From Guillardia theta CCMP2712 (taxonomy: Eukaryota; Protista; Cryptophyta): a stretch of DNA of 64,000 nucleotides. The DNA lies in contig NW_005434654.1 in assembly GCF_000315625.1 (NCBI RefSeq), forward strand, positions 802,593 through 866,592. The letters are read 5' to 3'. Shown here piece after piece: positions 1 to 17,323 of the stretch. The translations under genes were made by a program, and so were the position numbers. Every line of letters starts with the position of its first letter. The stretch's first letter is position 1. Below the pieces are notes generated by a model that worked only from the letters and a program-made list of their open reading frames with translations, was not told the origin of the DNA and ran no database searches.

Positions 1-3000
1 GGAGAGAAGCAGGTTGATGGTGCGGAGATAATGGGCAGGGGAGAGAAGGAAGGAAGAGAAGGGAGGAGAGAACGAACGAAAAGAGGACACGGAGAGGAAG
101 ATGAGAGTGAGGACACAGAGGACACAGAGGAGGAGGAGGAGGAGGAGAGTGGTGGTGGTGGTGGTGGTGGTGGTGGTGGAGGAGGAGGAGGAGGAGGAGG
201 AAGCTCCTCACATGGTCTCCTTGGTCACTCCAAGTCGATTGAGTAGGGTGAACTCGTTGCTCTGATGTGATTTGAGAGGACTGAGAACTCCGAAGGCGAT
301 CTGCCACGAGATGAGTGAATTAGATCATGATTAGCAGAACTGACAGAAGTGGATGTGATGATGGTGATGGTGGTGGTGATGGTGGTGATTGTAGAGATGA
401 GCAGCATAAAGGCTGCGCTTCAGGATGGAGAGGAGGAGCAGACCTGATAGAAAGTGCCGTAGGCGCAGGAGGACATACGCATGTATCGCTGCCAGGTCCT
501 GATAGTCTCGTCTGTGGGACGAGGAATCTTTCTCGGCTCCTCCTTCTTCAGAATCGCCTCCATTGCCCCCTCGTGGAAATAATGTGGACGAACAAGCTGA
601 AGAGAGCAGTCAGGGAAGGAGGGGGGAGGGAGGGGAGGGAGGGGAGGGAGGGGAGGGAGGGGAGGGGATGAGAGGGGGGGAGGGGCTGGTGGGGAGGGGC
701 TGATCTTCACCTTCTGCAAAGAGGCATAGGCTGCGATTCCTTGCGCAAGTTGCATGTACCTAAGGAGGAGGGTGAGGGGGATGGACGGCAGCAGCAGCAG
801 CAGAAGTACGTGATGTCCGTGTAGAGATGTTTGACCTCCAGCTCATGATACATGATGAGCGTTTCCAAGATCGCAGCCCCCTGTTGCGCTTCTTAGTCTC
901 CTCCTCCTCCTACCCCCCACTCTAGCTGGTGCTGCTGGTGCTGGTGCTGCTGCTGCTTTTCCGCATGAACCTCCACCACAAGCTTGTTCCTCTGCACTCT
1001 TTCCTTCCGTCGCTGCTCCTCCCCTCCTTCCCTGCTCTCTTCCTGCTCCTCCTGTCTCACCTCAACTCCCAGCAGAATATCGGCCTGTGCTGCAGACAGG
1101 ACAGTCTGTACTCCGGACAGCATTGCCTGCCCTGCCCCCAGCGTCCCGTCCGCAGCTTTTTCTACCACCGTGATGCCTGAAGGCATGCTGAGTAAGTGGC
1201 ATATAAAGATGGGCAGGGGAGGGAGGGAGGGAGGGAGGGAGGGAGGATAACGAGCAAGAGAGGAAGAAGGGGGTTTGGGAGGTAGAAGGAGAGGATGAAG
1301 ACCGCTGGCTGTTGCATTGGAGATTCCGCCTACGATCCAAGTTCCGATGACTGAAGTGAAACCAACCACCTGACCGACGGCTCAGACTAGCAAAACGAAA
1401 GTTGGGAGTGGGACTGAGTGAAGGGGCCAACAAGAGGAGCGAAAGGGTGGGAGGAGGAGGAGGTAGAGGAGGAGGAGGAGGAGGAGGAGCAAGAGGAGGA
1501 GGGGGGGGGTAGGGCACATTACATACCTTGCCCACGAGCTGCATGGAAGGTTTTCCAACGGTAGCAACTTCAGGAGGGAGGACTTCGCCGAACGACGTCA
1601 GACTGCGCAGGATGTCCCTCGTCATGGTCTCGACCCCAGCTCGGACGACGAGGCCTCGTTCAAGCGCCTTATCTCGGTACTGCTGCAGGGCCTCTGAGTT
1701 CTTGGACCGCGCCTCGTCTATCGCCAGGCTGCTCCTCGTCGACAGCTCTTGCATCCACCTCGTCCTCCCCTTCCCCCCCTCGCTGGAAGTGCTGTCGTCC
1801 TCCGAGATCTGAGCCCCGCAGAGCTTGTGGAGCCCGAGGGGATAGAGTTCATCCAGCTGCTTCTGCCCCTTCTGGTCGAAGGGGAACATGGACGAGGAGT
1901 CCCCGGCCTCTCCTTCCCTCTGGTCGTAGTTGCTGTCCTCCTCTGACAAGTTTCCCCCCCCATCCTCCTCTTGCGAGGCAGCCAAGACAGGGACGTGCGG
2001 GGGCTTGAAGCGCGCGCGCAACTCGTGACCTCGGATCACGAGCCTCACCGTGTCTGTTCCCTTCCGCACCTGGCAGTATCCTCCCCGTCGTCGGCGGCAC
2101 ACAAACCGATCCTCGTCGATGTCGATCCTCCTCCGCAGGGTCTCAGAGTCCATCTCCGACATCCTCTGCTGCTCCCTCGTCGCATCCTGCTGGATGAAGC
2201 CGTCCTCCAGCAGCCTCGCCACCTCCTCATCGAACGGATGGAAGCTCCCGTTGTTCTTCTGGTAGAACCAGGACCCTCGCATGAGCACGAACGGCTCTCC
2301 CGTCCGCAACGACGTCATCCTCCTCTTCCTCACCTCGCACCGAAACTCGTCCCCGCGGACCGCCAAGGTCAGGCTCGAGATCCCGCGCACGCAGGCGAGC
2401 TCGAGTGCCTTGGAGTCTGTCTCAGGAAGAGGCTCAAGGTACCTCTCGCTTTGCCCCCAGAACCACAAGCCACACCCCGGATGAGGTACGTCTTCCTTCT
2501 TCCCTTCCATCTCCTCCTCCTCTCCTTCCCCCTCCCGCTCTTGACCTTCCGGCTCCAACCAGGCCATCAGTGACTTGGCCGCCTCCTGCCCTTCTGAGTA
2601 TCCTTCGAAGTACCCCTTGGTCAACTCCAACGCCACGTTCTTTCGTTCTCCTCTCCCCCCTTCCTCCTGAAGCACGATCAACGCCCCGTCTGCTCCTGCC
2701 CCTGTCTTCGCTCCATCTCCTTGAAGGATCAGCCATGTCCCTCTCAGGACCTGTCTCTTTGTGTCTGTGTTCTGCCGCCTTTGAAACATCCTTCCCTCCT
2801 CGTCGGCGCTGACAAACCTGTCGTCGCCGATGGCAACTTCCTCCTTGCACAGCTCCCCTGCTCCCCCACGAGTCTCAAGATGCGACAAATCGCCTCTCGC
2901 CTTCTCACCATCCTTGCCAAAGGCCTCCTCGAGCTGAGTCGCAACGTCTGCAGGATATGGCTGCACCATCATGGGTTACGAGACTTGCGCAACAGGTGCC

Positions 3001-3341
3001 AGAGAGCAAGACCTGAAAGCTTCCATCTGATCGCTGGAAGTGCCATGTTCCTCGCACGACCTCGCGCTCGGTCCCGCTATCACATCGCACTTGCTTCAAG
3101 CTCTCGAAGATGACCTTGTACTTTCCCTCATACCTGTCCGATCGGAGGGTTACAACGAGTCAAGGACAGGTCACTGAACTTACATCAGCGCTTCGTCCTT
3201 GCCGCTACTGAACTCGGTTTCGATAAGTTCGCTATCCTCCTGGTCATGCTCTCATTCGGTGGCGTGCAGAAGCTGCCGTCCTACCTTGCTGTAACTCTGT
3301 AGCCTCCCGTCGTTGCGACGGAAATACCACAGGACCGGCAT
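1..3341 (-). CDS. Tandem WWE-like repeat protein with probable class 3 (DAG-lipase-like) C-terminal region; multi-exon, runs off the left edge
   Basis: Spliced translation gives repeats WYFRRNDGRLQSYSKEDSELIETEF, WHFQRSDGSFQPYPADVATQLEEAF, WFWGQSERYLEPLPETDSKALELAC and WFYQKNNGSFHPFDEEVARLLEDGF, followed by Q..T...R.V.RG-type tails (WWE pattern). The last visible exons read RYMRMSSCAYGTFYQ|IAFGVLSPLKSHQSNEFTLLNRLGVTKET, like the helix that precedes class 3 lipase domains. Start approximate. Confidence 0.6.
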
Positions 3342-3960
3342 GAAAACCCTACAAAGACAGTGTAAGCATGCACACACGAGCTTGAAATCACTTTGACAGA
3401 CCGGTCCTCTTGGTCCTGCATGGCTACTGAAAGATTGAAGTCACACAGAGATACCATCGTTCAACTCAACAGACGCGTAAAGCGCGCAGCAGGTTGTGGA
3501 TCCACCATGAAAAGAAGTCGAAGATCGGGACAGTTGCGCGAAGAGGAAGAGTTTTACATGTCACTCATCAATTCAACAACAGATTGATGTCAAAGTTTCA
3601 CATGAACATGCGGGAAGAAACAGTGGAAGGAATGTGGCAGGAAAAAAAAAACATAGCAAACGAGGACTGCTGGAGATGGCCAGTGGCGAGAGGACGAGAG
3701 GAGAGCTCAGGATGGAGATGAGGAGGAGGGGAAAAAGAGAGGATGAGATACGGGTAGGTAGGGGCTGAGAGGAGATGGTGGAGGCTCGCTTCAGGGTACC
3801 GACGCTTTCCTCGCAACAATGCCATACCTGCGTCTTCCATAGGACGCACACCCCACCCCCCTACCGGGGCTTGCACCCGGAAAATGACCCGTGTCCAGAG
3901 GTACTAGGTAGTACCCCTCGCAACTTTCGCCGGATCCTGTCCGGGTGGATCACTTCGGAG

Positions 3961-4010
3961 TCCGGAGGCCCGGGGCCCGGGCCCGGGGGTGACTGGCACT
4001 GAGACAGTCG
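3961..4010. promoter_or_regulatory. GC-rich intergenic element (CCCGGGCCCGG + GTGACTGGCACTGAGA), copy 1
   Basis: ggaggcccggggcccgggcccgggggtgactggcactgagacag lies between two divergent genes; similar islands at 24.5, 46, 55.8 and 58.7 kb. Confidence 0.4.
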
Positions 4011-4452
4011 GCAGAAGTTCTGCCATCGTGCGAAACAAGGTGTTGTTCTGAGGGGGGCCTGTTTGCAGGCACCCCTAGTGCTGTTTCGGCCATCTCCATG
4101 AATTTGTATGACCCCTACCCCCTTTTTTATCATGATCATTAAGCTCTGAAGCACGGGTACTAAGAGTACCCTGTTTCGATGGACCCCTTGTTTGACACAG
4201 ACACGTCACCCCCCTCTCTGATAGGGTAGGGGCACCCCCGCCGGTAATGATGCCGCCCCACCCCACCGGATCCTACCTAGTGACCCCTTCTTTTCTCTTC
4301 AAAATGGACCCCTACATCCTTCTACCCTCTGACTTCGACGGTTCACCGGTAGGGTCTACCCTCTTCATCGCCTCACCCCAACATCCTATCAAGCTTGCAT
4401 TAGATACCGGTTATTCTTCGCTATCATCTACCTCAAAACGACCAAGGGGTGA

Positions 4453-5827
<1,375 letters not shown>

Positions 5828-6593
5828 TACACATTGATAAGCCTTGTGCTGGTGGGTTTCACTTGCACTGAAGGGTTCTTGGTGGGAGCAGCATCGAACT
5901 TTCGATTTTTACTTTGTTACAGTCTGTTCTCTGATGCTTTGATTGTGGTCTGGTACATAAGAGCTCGATAAGCTGCTGCTCTTGAATTGCAGGAAGGGAC
6001 ATGCTTTGATTTGACCCCATGTTGATACTAATCCATCTATGACTCGAGAATTTCCTGCTACAAACACCCTTGCAAACGAAAATCTTTTGTTGATTGTCAG
6101 GATGGGATTTTTGTTGTTACTCACATAATCCTCCCCGTCATGTTGTGACGAAGACGTTGATGATTCTCATTCCTACCCTTGCCGTCCATGCACATCGTGA
6201 TGTTTTCACCATGAGCTTGCCGATTAGACGGTTTCTTAGATCGCGCATAAAATAGGAAATGATGTCACATGTCATCAGATCAACTCACTCTGGTCGAGAC
6301 GATCTCACATCTCACACTTGTCGAGATGGTCTCACATTCTTCGCTTCATGATCCCCCGTGACTCGCATCATCGTGCAGCAGTACAGGAGCTTTGCCAGCA
6401 GGGTGAACTCTCCAGAAAGTAGGGTGGGGTACTGTGACATGGGTGTTGGTGATCAACTGGGGGTACTTGTTTAAGGAAAAATGTGGGTGACAGATAGGAA
6501 ATGCATACATTTGATGGGGTGGTGGTGGGTGATAGACTTATCATGGAGGGTGGGGTGGTGGATGTGTGGATTCATCGGGGAAGGCAGTCGACG

Positions 6594-9416
6594 ATGCTGC
6601 CGCGATGGGAGGATGAGGCGCACGGAGGAGGAGGAGGAGGAGGAGGGGCGAGGAGGAGGAGGGATACCAGCCCGAAGAAGAGGAGAGGCAAGAAGGGGTT
6701 CGGCTTTATCTCCTGCTGCATCTCCTGCCTGGTCCTCGTCTGGGTGTCCGCAGCTGGTTACTTCCTTGCTGGCCAGATCATGCGGGGGGACGCACTCAAG
6801 GTGTATGGGATGGTCGGGATGGTTCTCCTGGGCCCAGAGACGAAGCTCGGCCATCTATGGCAGGACAAAGTGAGGGGATTCGCAAAAGCTCTGGAGAAGT
6901 TGCAGGAGGTGGAGGGCTACGAAGGGATTGAGGTGCTCTTGGGCTTCAATGAGGGCGACGTTTACAACGAGCTGAAGAGGAAGAGCGATCAGATCAAGGC
7001 AGAGGTAGAGGCTGTGCGACGGCAGCATGCTCCCCAGGTGAAGTCCTCTTGCATCCTTTGATGTTCCACCGATTTTGTCGAACAGATTGCCAACCAGGGG
7101 AAGGTGGGCCAGGACGTTCCCCGCGAAGAGGCGAGGGGCTCGAAGACTGTAGGAGAAGATCCCTGAAGCTGCTCCGATGCTGACGACTTGAATGTCAGGA
7201 AGGTCCAAGGAGCGGAGATCATGGTCATCAGTCCGACGAGCGCGGGAAGAGCATTGGATCGGAAGAAGGAAAACAGCAGCTGGACGCGAAGGACAAGGAT
7301 CAGCACGAGAGGGGCAAGGAGGAGGAGCAGAAGCGCCGAGACTATGAGACGAAGCAGAAACAAGAGCATGCCGAGGCCAAAGTTCAGGAAGCTCAGCAGC
7401 ACGATCAGAGGGAGGGTCAACTGCAGAAGGACTCGAAGGATACCAAGGCTGAGCAGGGGAAGCAAGAGGAGCAATCGGGAGAAGGGAAGCAACAGGGCGC
7501 AGGGAGTGGATCTGAGGTAGTATATGATGATGCCATGCAGTTCCTGACCTCCTGCTGTTGAAAGATTCCCAAGCAGCACAAGGTTGAACAACCCGAGCAG
7601 GTCGACTCTGACAGCAGCGAGAGAAAGGGTCCTGACTCTTCTTGCAGGCTGCCCATGACGCTGCAAATGGTTCAACGCGTTGACGTCGAGTCTTAGTCTG
7701 ACTGATGCTTGCAGCTGCTCACTCTGATCAACCTGTGAAGGCACTCGAAGAGGGGTCGACTGTCAAGAAGAGTGACGACACAGGGAAGGCAGGTGAACAA
7801 GCACCAGGAGCCGTTAAGACAGGAGATGCCAAGGACGAGAACAAGGTCAAGGAAGGCGTTGCTGCCGGTGGCGAAAAGAAAGGAGACTCTGTCTCTCAGT
7901 CGGACTTGCAAGCAGCGAAAGCAAACTTTGATCTTTCGAAAGTGGCACTATTGGTTATCACGACTTCCTCTCATGACATCAACGACATCTCGCAGACTCT
8001 CTCAACACTGTTTGAGCTCCCAGGGGTCAAGAATCACGACATCTTCATCGCCCAGGACTCGCAGCATGGCAAGCTGAGCTCCGTCATTCACAAGTATGTT
8101 GCAAAGGGACTGGCACAAACCATCATGTACACCGAAGCGAACGAGCACAACCTGCGAAAGCGGCACTCCAAGCTTCAAGTTCATTCGATCAAGCATGTGC
8201 TTAGCTTGCCGAAGCAATACAGCGACATCCTGGTGATTGGAAACTCGATGAAGTTTGCTCCGGATGTCTTGGATTTCTTCTACGCCTCCGCTCCTCTCCT
8301 GCAGCTCGACCGGTCTCTCTGGTGCGTCTCGGCGTTCAATGAGAATGGCCTCTCTCACTTCCACTGGGACGAGTGGCGGCTCCTGCGCGACTCCTTCTAC
8401 TCGGGCGTGATGTCGCTGATGAGCCGGGACGCATGGAAGGAAGTGATGGGTCAGCAGAGCGTGCATGGGGAGCCGGGCGACTGACTTGCTCCCTCGCAGA
8501 CAAGTGGGAGCGAGCTGACACGGCAGAGGTGTTCGACGAGTGGATGAACTTGCAGGACGTGAGGATGGGGAGGGACTGCATCGTCCCAGAGGTATCCTTG
8601 ACGGCCTCCCTCCTCTCATCGTTCATGGCGTGAACCCTCCAGGTGTCTAGAGCCAAGAGGCAGCATCCCTCCCCTGAGGTGCACGACCCCTTCTCGGTCT
8701 GCCCCTCCCTCCCTCAGGGAGCTCGTGCGCGTCAGGCTGACGGAGGTTCCCAGGGTCTCTACGACTCCATCGCCCTCGCCAGCTCTCAGCCCAACTCTCA
8801 GCTGTGGGGAGACTTGAGGTGGAACAAGCTCCTTCTCGCTCCCCTCCCCTTCCAACCTGTGCCTCTTGCAGATACTTGCTGCAGCCCGAGTATGACCGGG
8901 TCATCCTGTCGCTCATCCACAACGCCAAGGTCCTGCCCGAGCATGAGAACTTCCTGCCCCTCGCATCGCACGCGAGGTAGCGGCCGGACTGAGAGCCATG
9001 ACGAGCGGAGCTGACGCGAGGGGCAGGATCCCCTTCGTGAAAGTCATCAACGAGCACAACCAGCACGCGATCCTCAGGTCGCTGAAGGTCTGCTGCTTCC
9101 TCCTGCTCTACCCTCCCGCTGACCTCCGACCCTCAGCTGACGGGAACCGTCGCCGGGCAATACAGGTAGGAGCGCCGTAGCGTCCCCTTCCTCCATCTCG
9201 TTCCTCCATCTCGTTCCTCCATCTCGTTCCTCCGTCTCGTTCATCACCAGTTGACGGCCTGGCGTCGCCAGGGGTGTGACGATGCTGAAACGAGAGCGAG
9301 ACAGTCCAATCCTCCTCATCCGGCATGACTCGTAGGCCGCTTCCTCTCCTCTCGAGCCCTGCTGACCCTCTCCGATCCCCTCCAGGCCCTTCATGAGCGA
9401 CGTGAAGCATGCATGA
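6594..9416 (+). CDS. Type II membrane glycosyltransferase, GT13 (GnT-I/POMGNT1-like), with a long acidic stem
   Basis: N-terminal basic stretch + TM helix (GFGFISCCISCLVLVWVSAAGYFLA); IFIAQD, FAPDVLDFF, LDRSLWCVSAFNENG, LLRDSFYSG, FDEWMN...GRDCIVPEVSR correspond to GnT-I motifs. Confidence 0.85.
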
Positions 9417-9862
9417 TGGAAGGACGCAGCTGACGGTTCACCACCGACTAGTTTATTCTTTTCCCTAGGGCGTTTCACGCATGTGAAGTCGATGCTCCTG
9501 CCCTGCACCCACTCGTGCTCCCGCACCCTCCCTCCCTCTCCTCTCCTCCGTCCGTCCGACCGCGTCCTCAATTCACATCCCTCACCGTAACTGGCATCGC
9601 TCCATACATCGCTCATGGGCCCTCCACTTTCTTGTTCAGTCATTTTCGATCCCCCCGCCCCCCTCCCCGTGACTCTCGCGTCATCGACCATCTTCCCTTG
9701 CCTCCTTCCCTCCGTCTCTCCTCCTCCAATCCCTCTCCCTTCGTTTCCAGTCCCTATGTTTTGGCACCTCCCTCCCTCCCTCCCTCCCTCCCTCCCTCCC
9801 TCCCTCCTTCGCTCGCTCGCTCGCTCGCTCGCTCCCACTGTCCCTCTGTCCCTTCTCCTTCC

Positions 9863-9917
9863 CACTCACTCACTCACTCACTCACTCACTCACTCACTCA
9901 CTCACTCACTCACTCAC
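9863..9917 (+). repeat. (TCAC)n microsatellite, preceded by (CCCT)n and (TCGC)n tracts
   Basis: Read directly; upstream of the GT41 gene. Confidence 0.95.
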
Positions 9918-9979
9918 GCTGCTTCCTCCCCCCATCCCCCCCCTCCTCCTCCCTCCCTTCGTCCCTCCTCCCTCCCGCC

Positions 9980-14035
<4,056 letters not shown>

Positions 14036-14268
14036 TGCTCCACCTTCTCGATTAAAATACAGCCAACCATCTCATGCCCTCCTCCTCGTCTCTTCCACTT
14101 CCTCCTCCTCCCGCATCCATCGGGACTGAGGACATCTCGATTGGCCGACCCCACTCATTGACTTCTTCCCTCCCTCCCTCCTCTCCCTCTCCCCCGCTGT
14201 CTTCCCCTTCCTCCTCCTCTCCCCTCTCCCAGCCGCTTCCTTCCCCCTGTCGTATCGACGCCGATCCC

Positions 14269-16389
14269 TTAGAAGTTCGACTCCACGTCCGTCACCTGCA
14301 TCGCTGGGTCAACACTTCATCAGCTGTCGCCTTTCCCACCTTGGCCAGCTGCCTTGAGACTTCACTCTGCGCTTCCTTGAGCTTCCTCTCCTCTCGCTCC
14401 GCCCTCCTGCGCTCGCCCCGTCAGGGCTCCTCTTCCACCACCTCCACCACCACAGTCCCACCTGCGCGCCGCCTGCTCCTCCCTGCTGAGCTCGTCGTCT
14501 CTCCTGCAGCTCTTCAGTCAGGTCTTGGAACGATTCAGCGAGTCGCTCCCGCACCTCCGCTGCAAGTCCAGCGTGTTGCGGTAGCTGTGGTGTGAACCGG
14601 CTGCTCACTGTGTAAGCACACGACTACCTCCAGCTCCTCCTACCTCGCTTCGCCGCTTCGATCGTTGCCTGCGCGCGAGAGTGATAGTCGTCCTCCCTTC
14701 CTCGAGACGATCTCCTGCAGCCGAATAAGACAAGGGAGACAGCAGGGGAGCAGGTCACCTCGATGCGCCTCGACCCCCAGCTAGACCCAAGCTCGAGTCA
14801 GCAATCTTCAGCTTCGCCTCGTTGAGATCGGCATCCTCCCGGTCGAGCTGCGCCTGCATGTTGTTGATGACCTCCTGGTCCTTGGAGTTCTTCGCCTTGT
14901 AGTCATGTGCTCGCATCTCCTCCTCCTTCAGCTGAAGCTTCAGGCGAGCAATCTGCACTTTCATGATCGTCTGGTGCCCGTTGAGCTTAGCGATCTTCTG
15001 CAGGGCCCGCGTGTACCGCTGGCCGGCGTCCTCCTTGGACTGCTTGGTCGACGCAAGTTCGGATCGAAGCTTGCGCACCTCGTCCTCCCTCATGGCCTCG
15101 ATCTTTGACTGCGCAGAGATACTCTTCAAAGTGGCTGACTTGTACTTCCTCGCAGCGAGCAGATGCTCCTTGGCAGCAGCCAGGACTTCTTTCTCAGCTG
15201 CCCCGATCTCAGCTCTGAGCGCCTTAGCTTCCTTGTCCAGGACCAGGATCTGCCTGGCAACGTCGCCCTCGCTCTCCTTCGCCAGCTTCACTTGCTTCCT
15301 GCTTTCGCCCAGCTTCTCCTGCGCAGCTCCTACGGAGTTCGTGTCGATGTTCAAGATCGACTGAAGGGCCTTGGAGCCAGTGAGTTGGCCTTGCTGAATG
15401 CGCAGCAGGGAGGACTGCTCGGGGTTGGTCTGCAGCGAAACCTTGGCTGCCTCCATCACGCGGTTCGAGGCGACCTCATCATCCTTGAGCGCTGTCTTGC
15501 GGTCATCGATGGCCGACGCGAAGTCTTGCTTAGCACGGGCCATGCCCTTGGCTGCTCTGTCCGCGAGGGACTGGGCCAACTTCAGGTCGAGGGAGGCCAA
15601 GGCCTTGGCCTGGGACGAGTGAGACTGATCAAGCACAAGGTTGCTCTGATCGTTGAGCTTCTGCGAGTCCTTGAGGAGGGCAGCCGCAGGTTTCTGCAAG
15701 GCCAGCCCCTGTGCCTCTGCTGTCTCTGACGAGGAGCGCTCATTCCTCGCGAGCCGCTGGTAGTGACGAGCATCTTTCGCCAAGCTCTCAGCCTTCTTCA
15801 ACGTGGCCTCTTGGCTTGTGACAGCCAGCGCCGCGCTCTTTCTGTCGGAGATGGCATCGGATACTCCAGCTGCGCGTTGCTTCTCAACGATAGACAAATG
15901 CTTTGCCACGTTGGTGTCGTCCCTCAGCTTCGAACGCAAGGAGGCCAGCCTCGACTTGGCTGCCACGTACTTGTCCTGCGGAACTTGTCACAGCAACGAC
16001 GGCGAGCAGGACCCCTGGGCAGCGACCAACAACCCCACATCATCAAGTTCGAGCCTCGCACAGGACAAAAAACAAGACTTGTGTACTTGCCTCAGTCTGA
16101 TCAGCGATGGGTCCCTCCTTCGAGATCAGCTTCTCCGCCAGGGAAACTTGCTTCTGCTCCGCGGCCAACATGGCCTTCCTCCCTTGGGGCTTCTCTGCCA
16201 GCTCGCTCTCCGAGGCAGATCTGAACAGCAGCGATCCCGCGAAGCAAGTGCATGCGATCGCCACAGCTAGGCCAATCAGCCTGAGAACATATCAGAGCAC
16301 ACACGCAGGTTTCCTGAATTCGCTATAGCAAGAATAGAGCTGCGTCCCTCCAACTTGAAACTACCAACGTCCTTGACATCAAAACTCAT
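14269..16389 (-). CDS. Type II membrane-anchored long coiled-coil protein, function unknown
   Basis: MSFDVKDVGSFKLEGRSSILAIANSGNLR|LIGLAVAIACTCFAGSLLF (TM), then more than 500 aa of A/K/E/L/Q-rich heptads (ORF 14755-15966); last exon VTDVESNF*. Confidence 0.7.
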
Positions 16390-17323
16390 CTCTTTCTGCT
16401 ATGAGATCCTCAGCTTTGTTAACCCTGATAGCATTTCCTTGTTTGCTTCTCTGCCTCTTCACATCGTTCATTTCCCTTTCGAATCAGGTTCTGGCATGTA
16501 TGGTGAACAAATGCTGTCCTCTCATAATCCACCTCCTGCTCGTGCTCTTCCTTCATTCACTGCTGATCTAGATAGTCCTACTCACATGAATCCCTTCATC
16601 GATCTAGTTCTCCTCATCCCCTCCTCCCTCTCCCGCCTCCGCCTCCGCCTCTCTCCTCCTCACCTTCCCCTCGCCATGGTGACGCTTCGAGCAGTTAACC
16701 TATCTGGACTACCCTACCCCCCATTCTTGTACCCTACCCTTTTGCTCGAAATGCAAGGTGCTCTATCGCCCCCTTTTCTAGCGGAAGTACCCCCTGTAGT
16801 GGACCCCGTGGTCGTGATGGTACCCGTGCTTGTTTGGTACCTACCGGTCCAAAATAGATGTCTTCCACCCACCTCTCCATTTCCATTACCCCCTGCTACG
16901 AGTGGGTTATCAGGGGTAATGGAAGCGGGAAATGATAGATGGAGAGTTACTCTGAGATGGGTAGGGTCATGATGATGGTGGGGTACTATTTGGAATTGGG
17001 GGTAGGGTAGTATTGCATCAGGGTTGGCCCGATTGATGCCTCGAATAATGGGAGGCGGGAGACAAGAGGGGAGGGAGGGGAGGGGAGGGGAAGGAGGGAG
17101 GGAGGAAACAGAATGTAGAACAGAAGCACTGAGCAGAGCGGAAGGAGGAGGTGAGATGAGGAGGTCAAGTCGGAGGAGGAAGATGAGGACCTGAAAGGAT
17201 CACAAGCTTCACGTTGCTCATTCTTCTGCAGATGATATCCCACTGTCTACGTGGCTCGGATGGAGCACAATGACGAACGTTTGAAGATGTCATGCAGCTG
17301 CTGATCCCTCCCACTGCCTTGAC

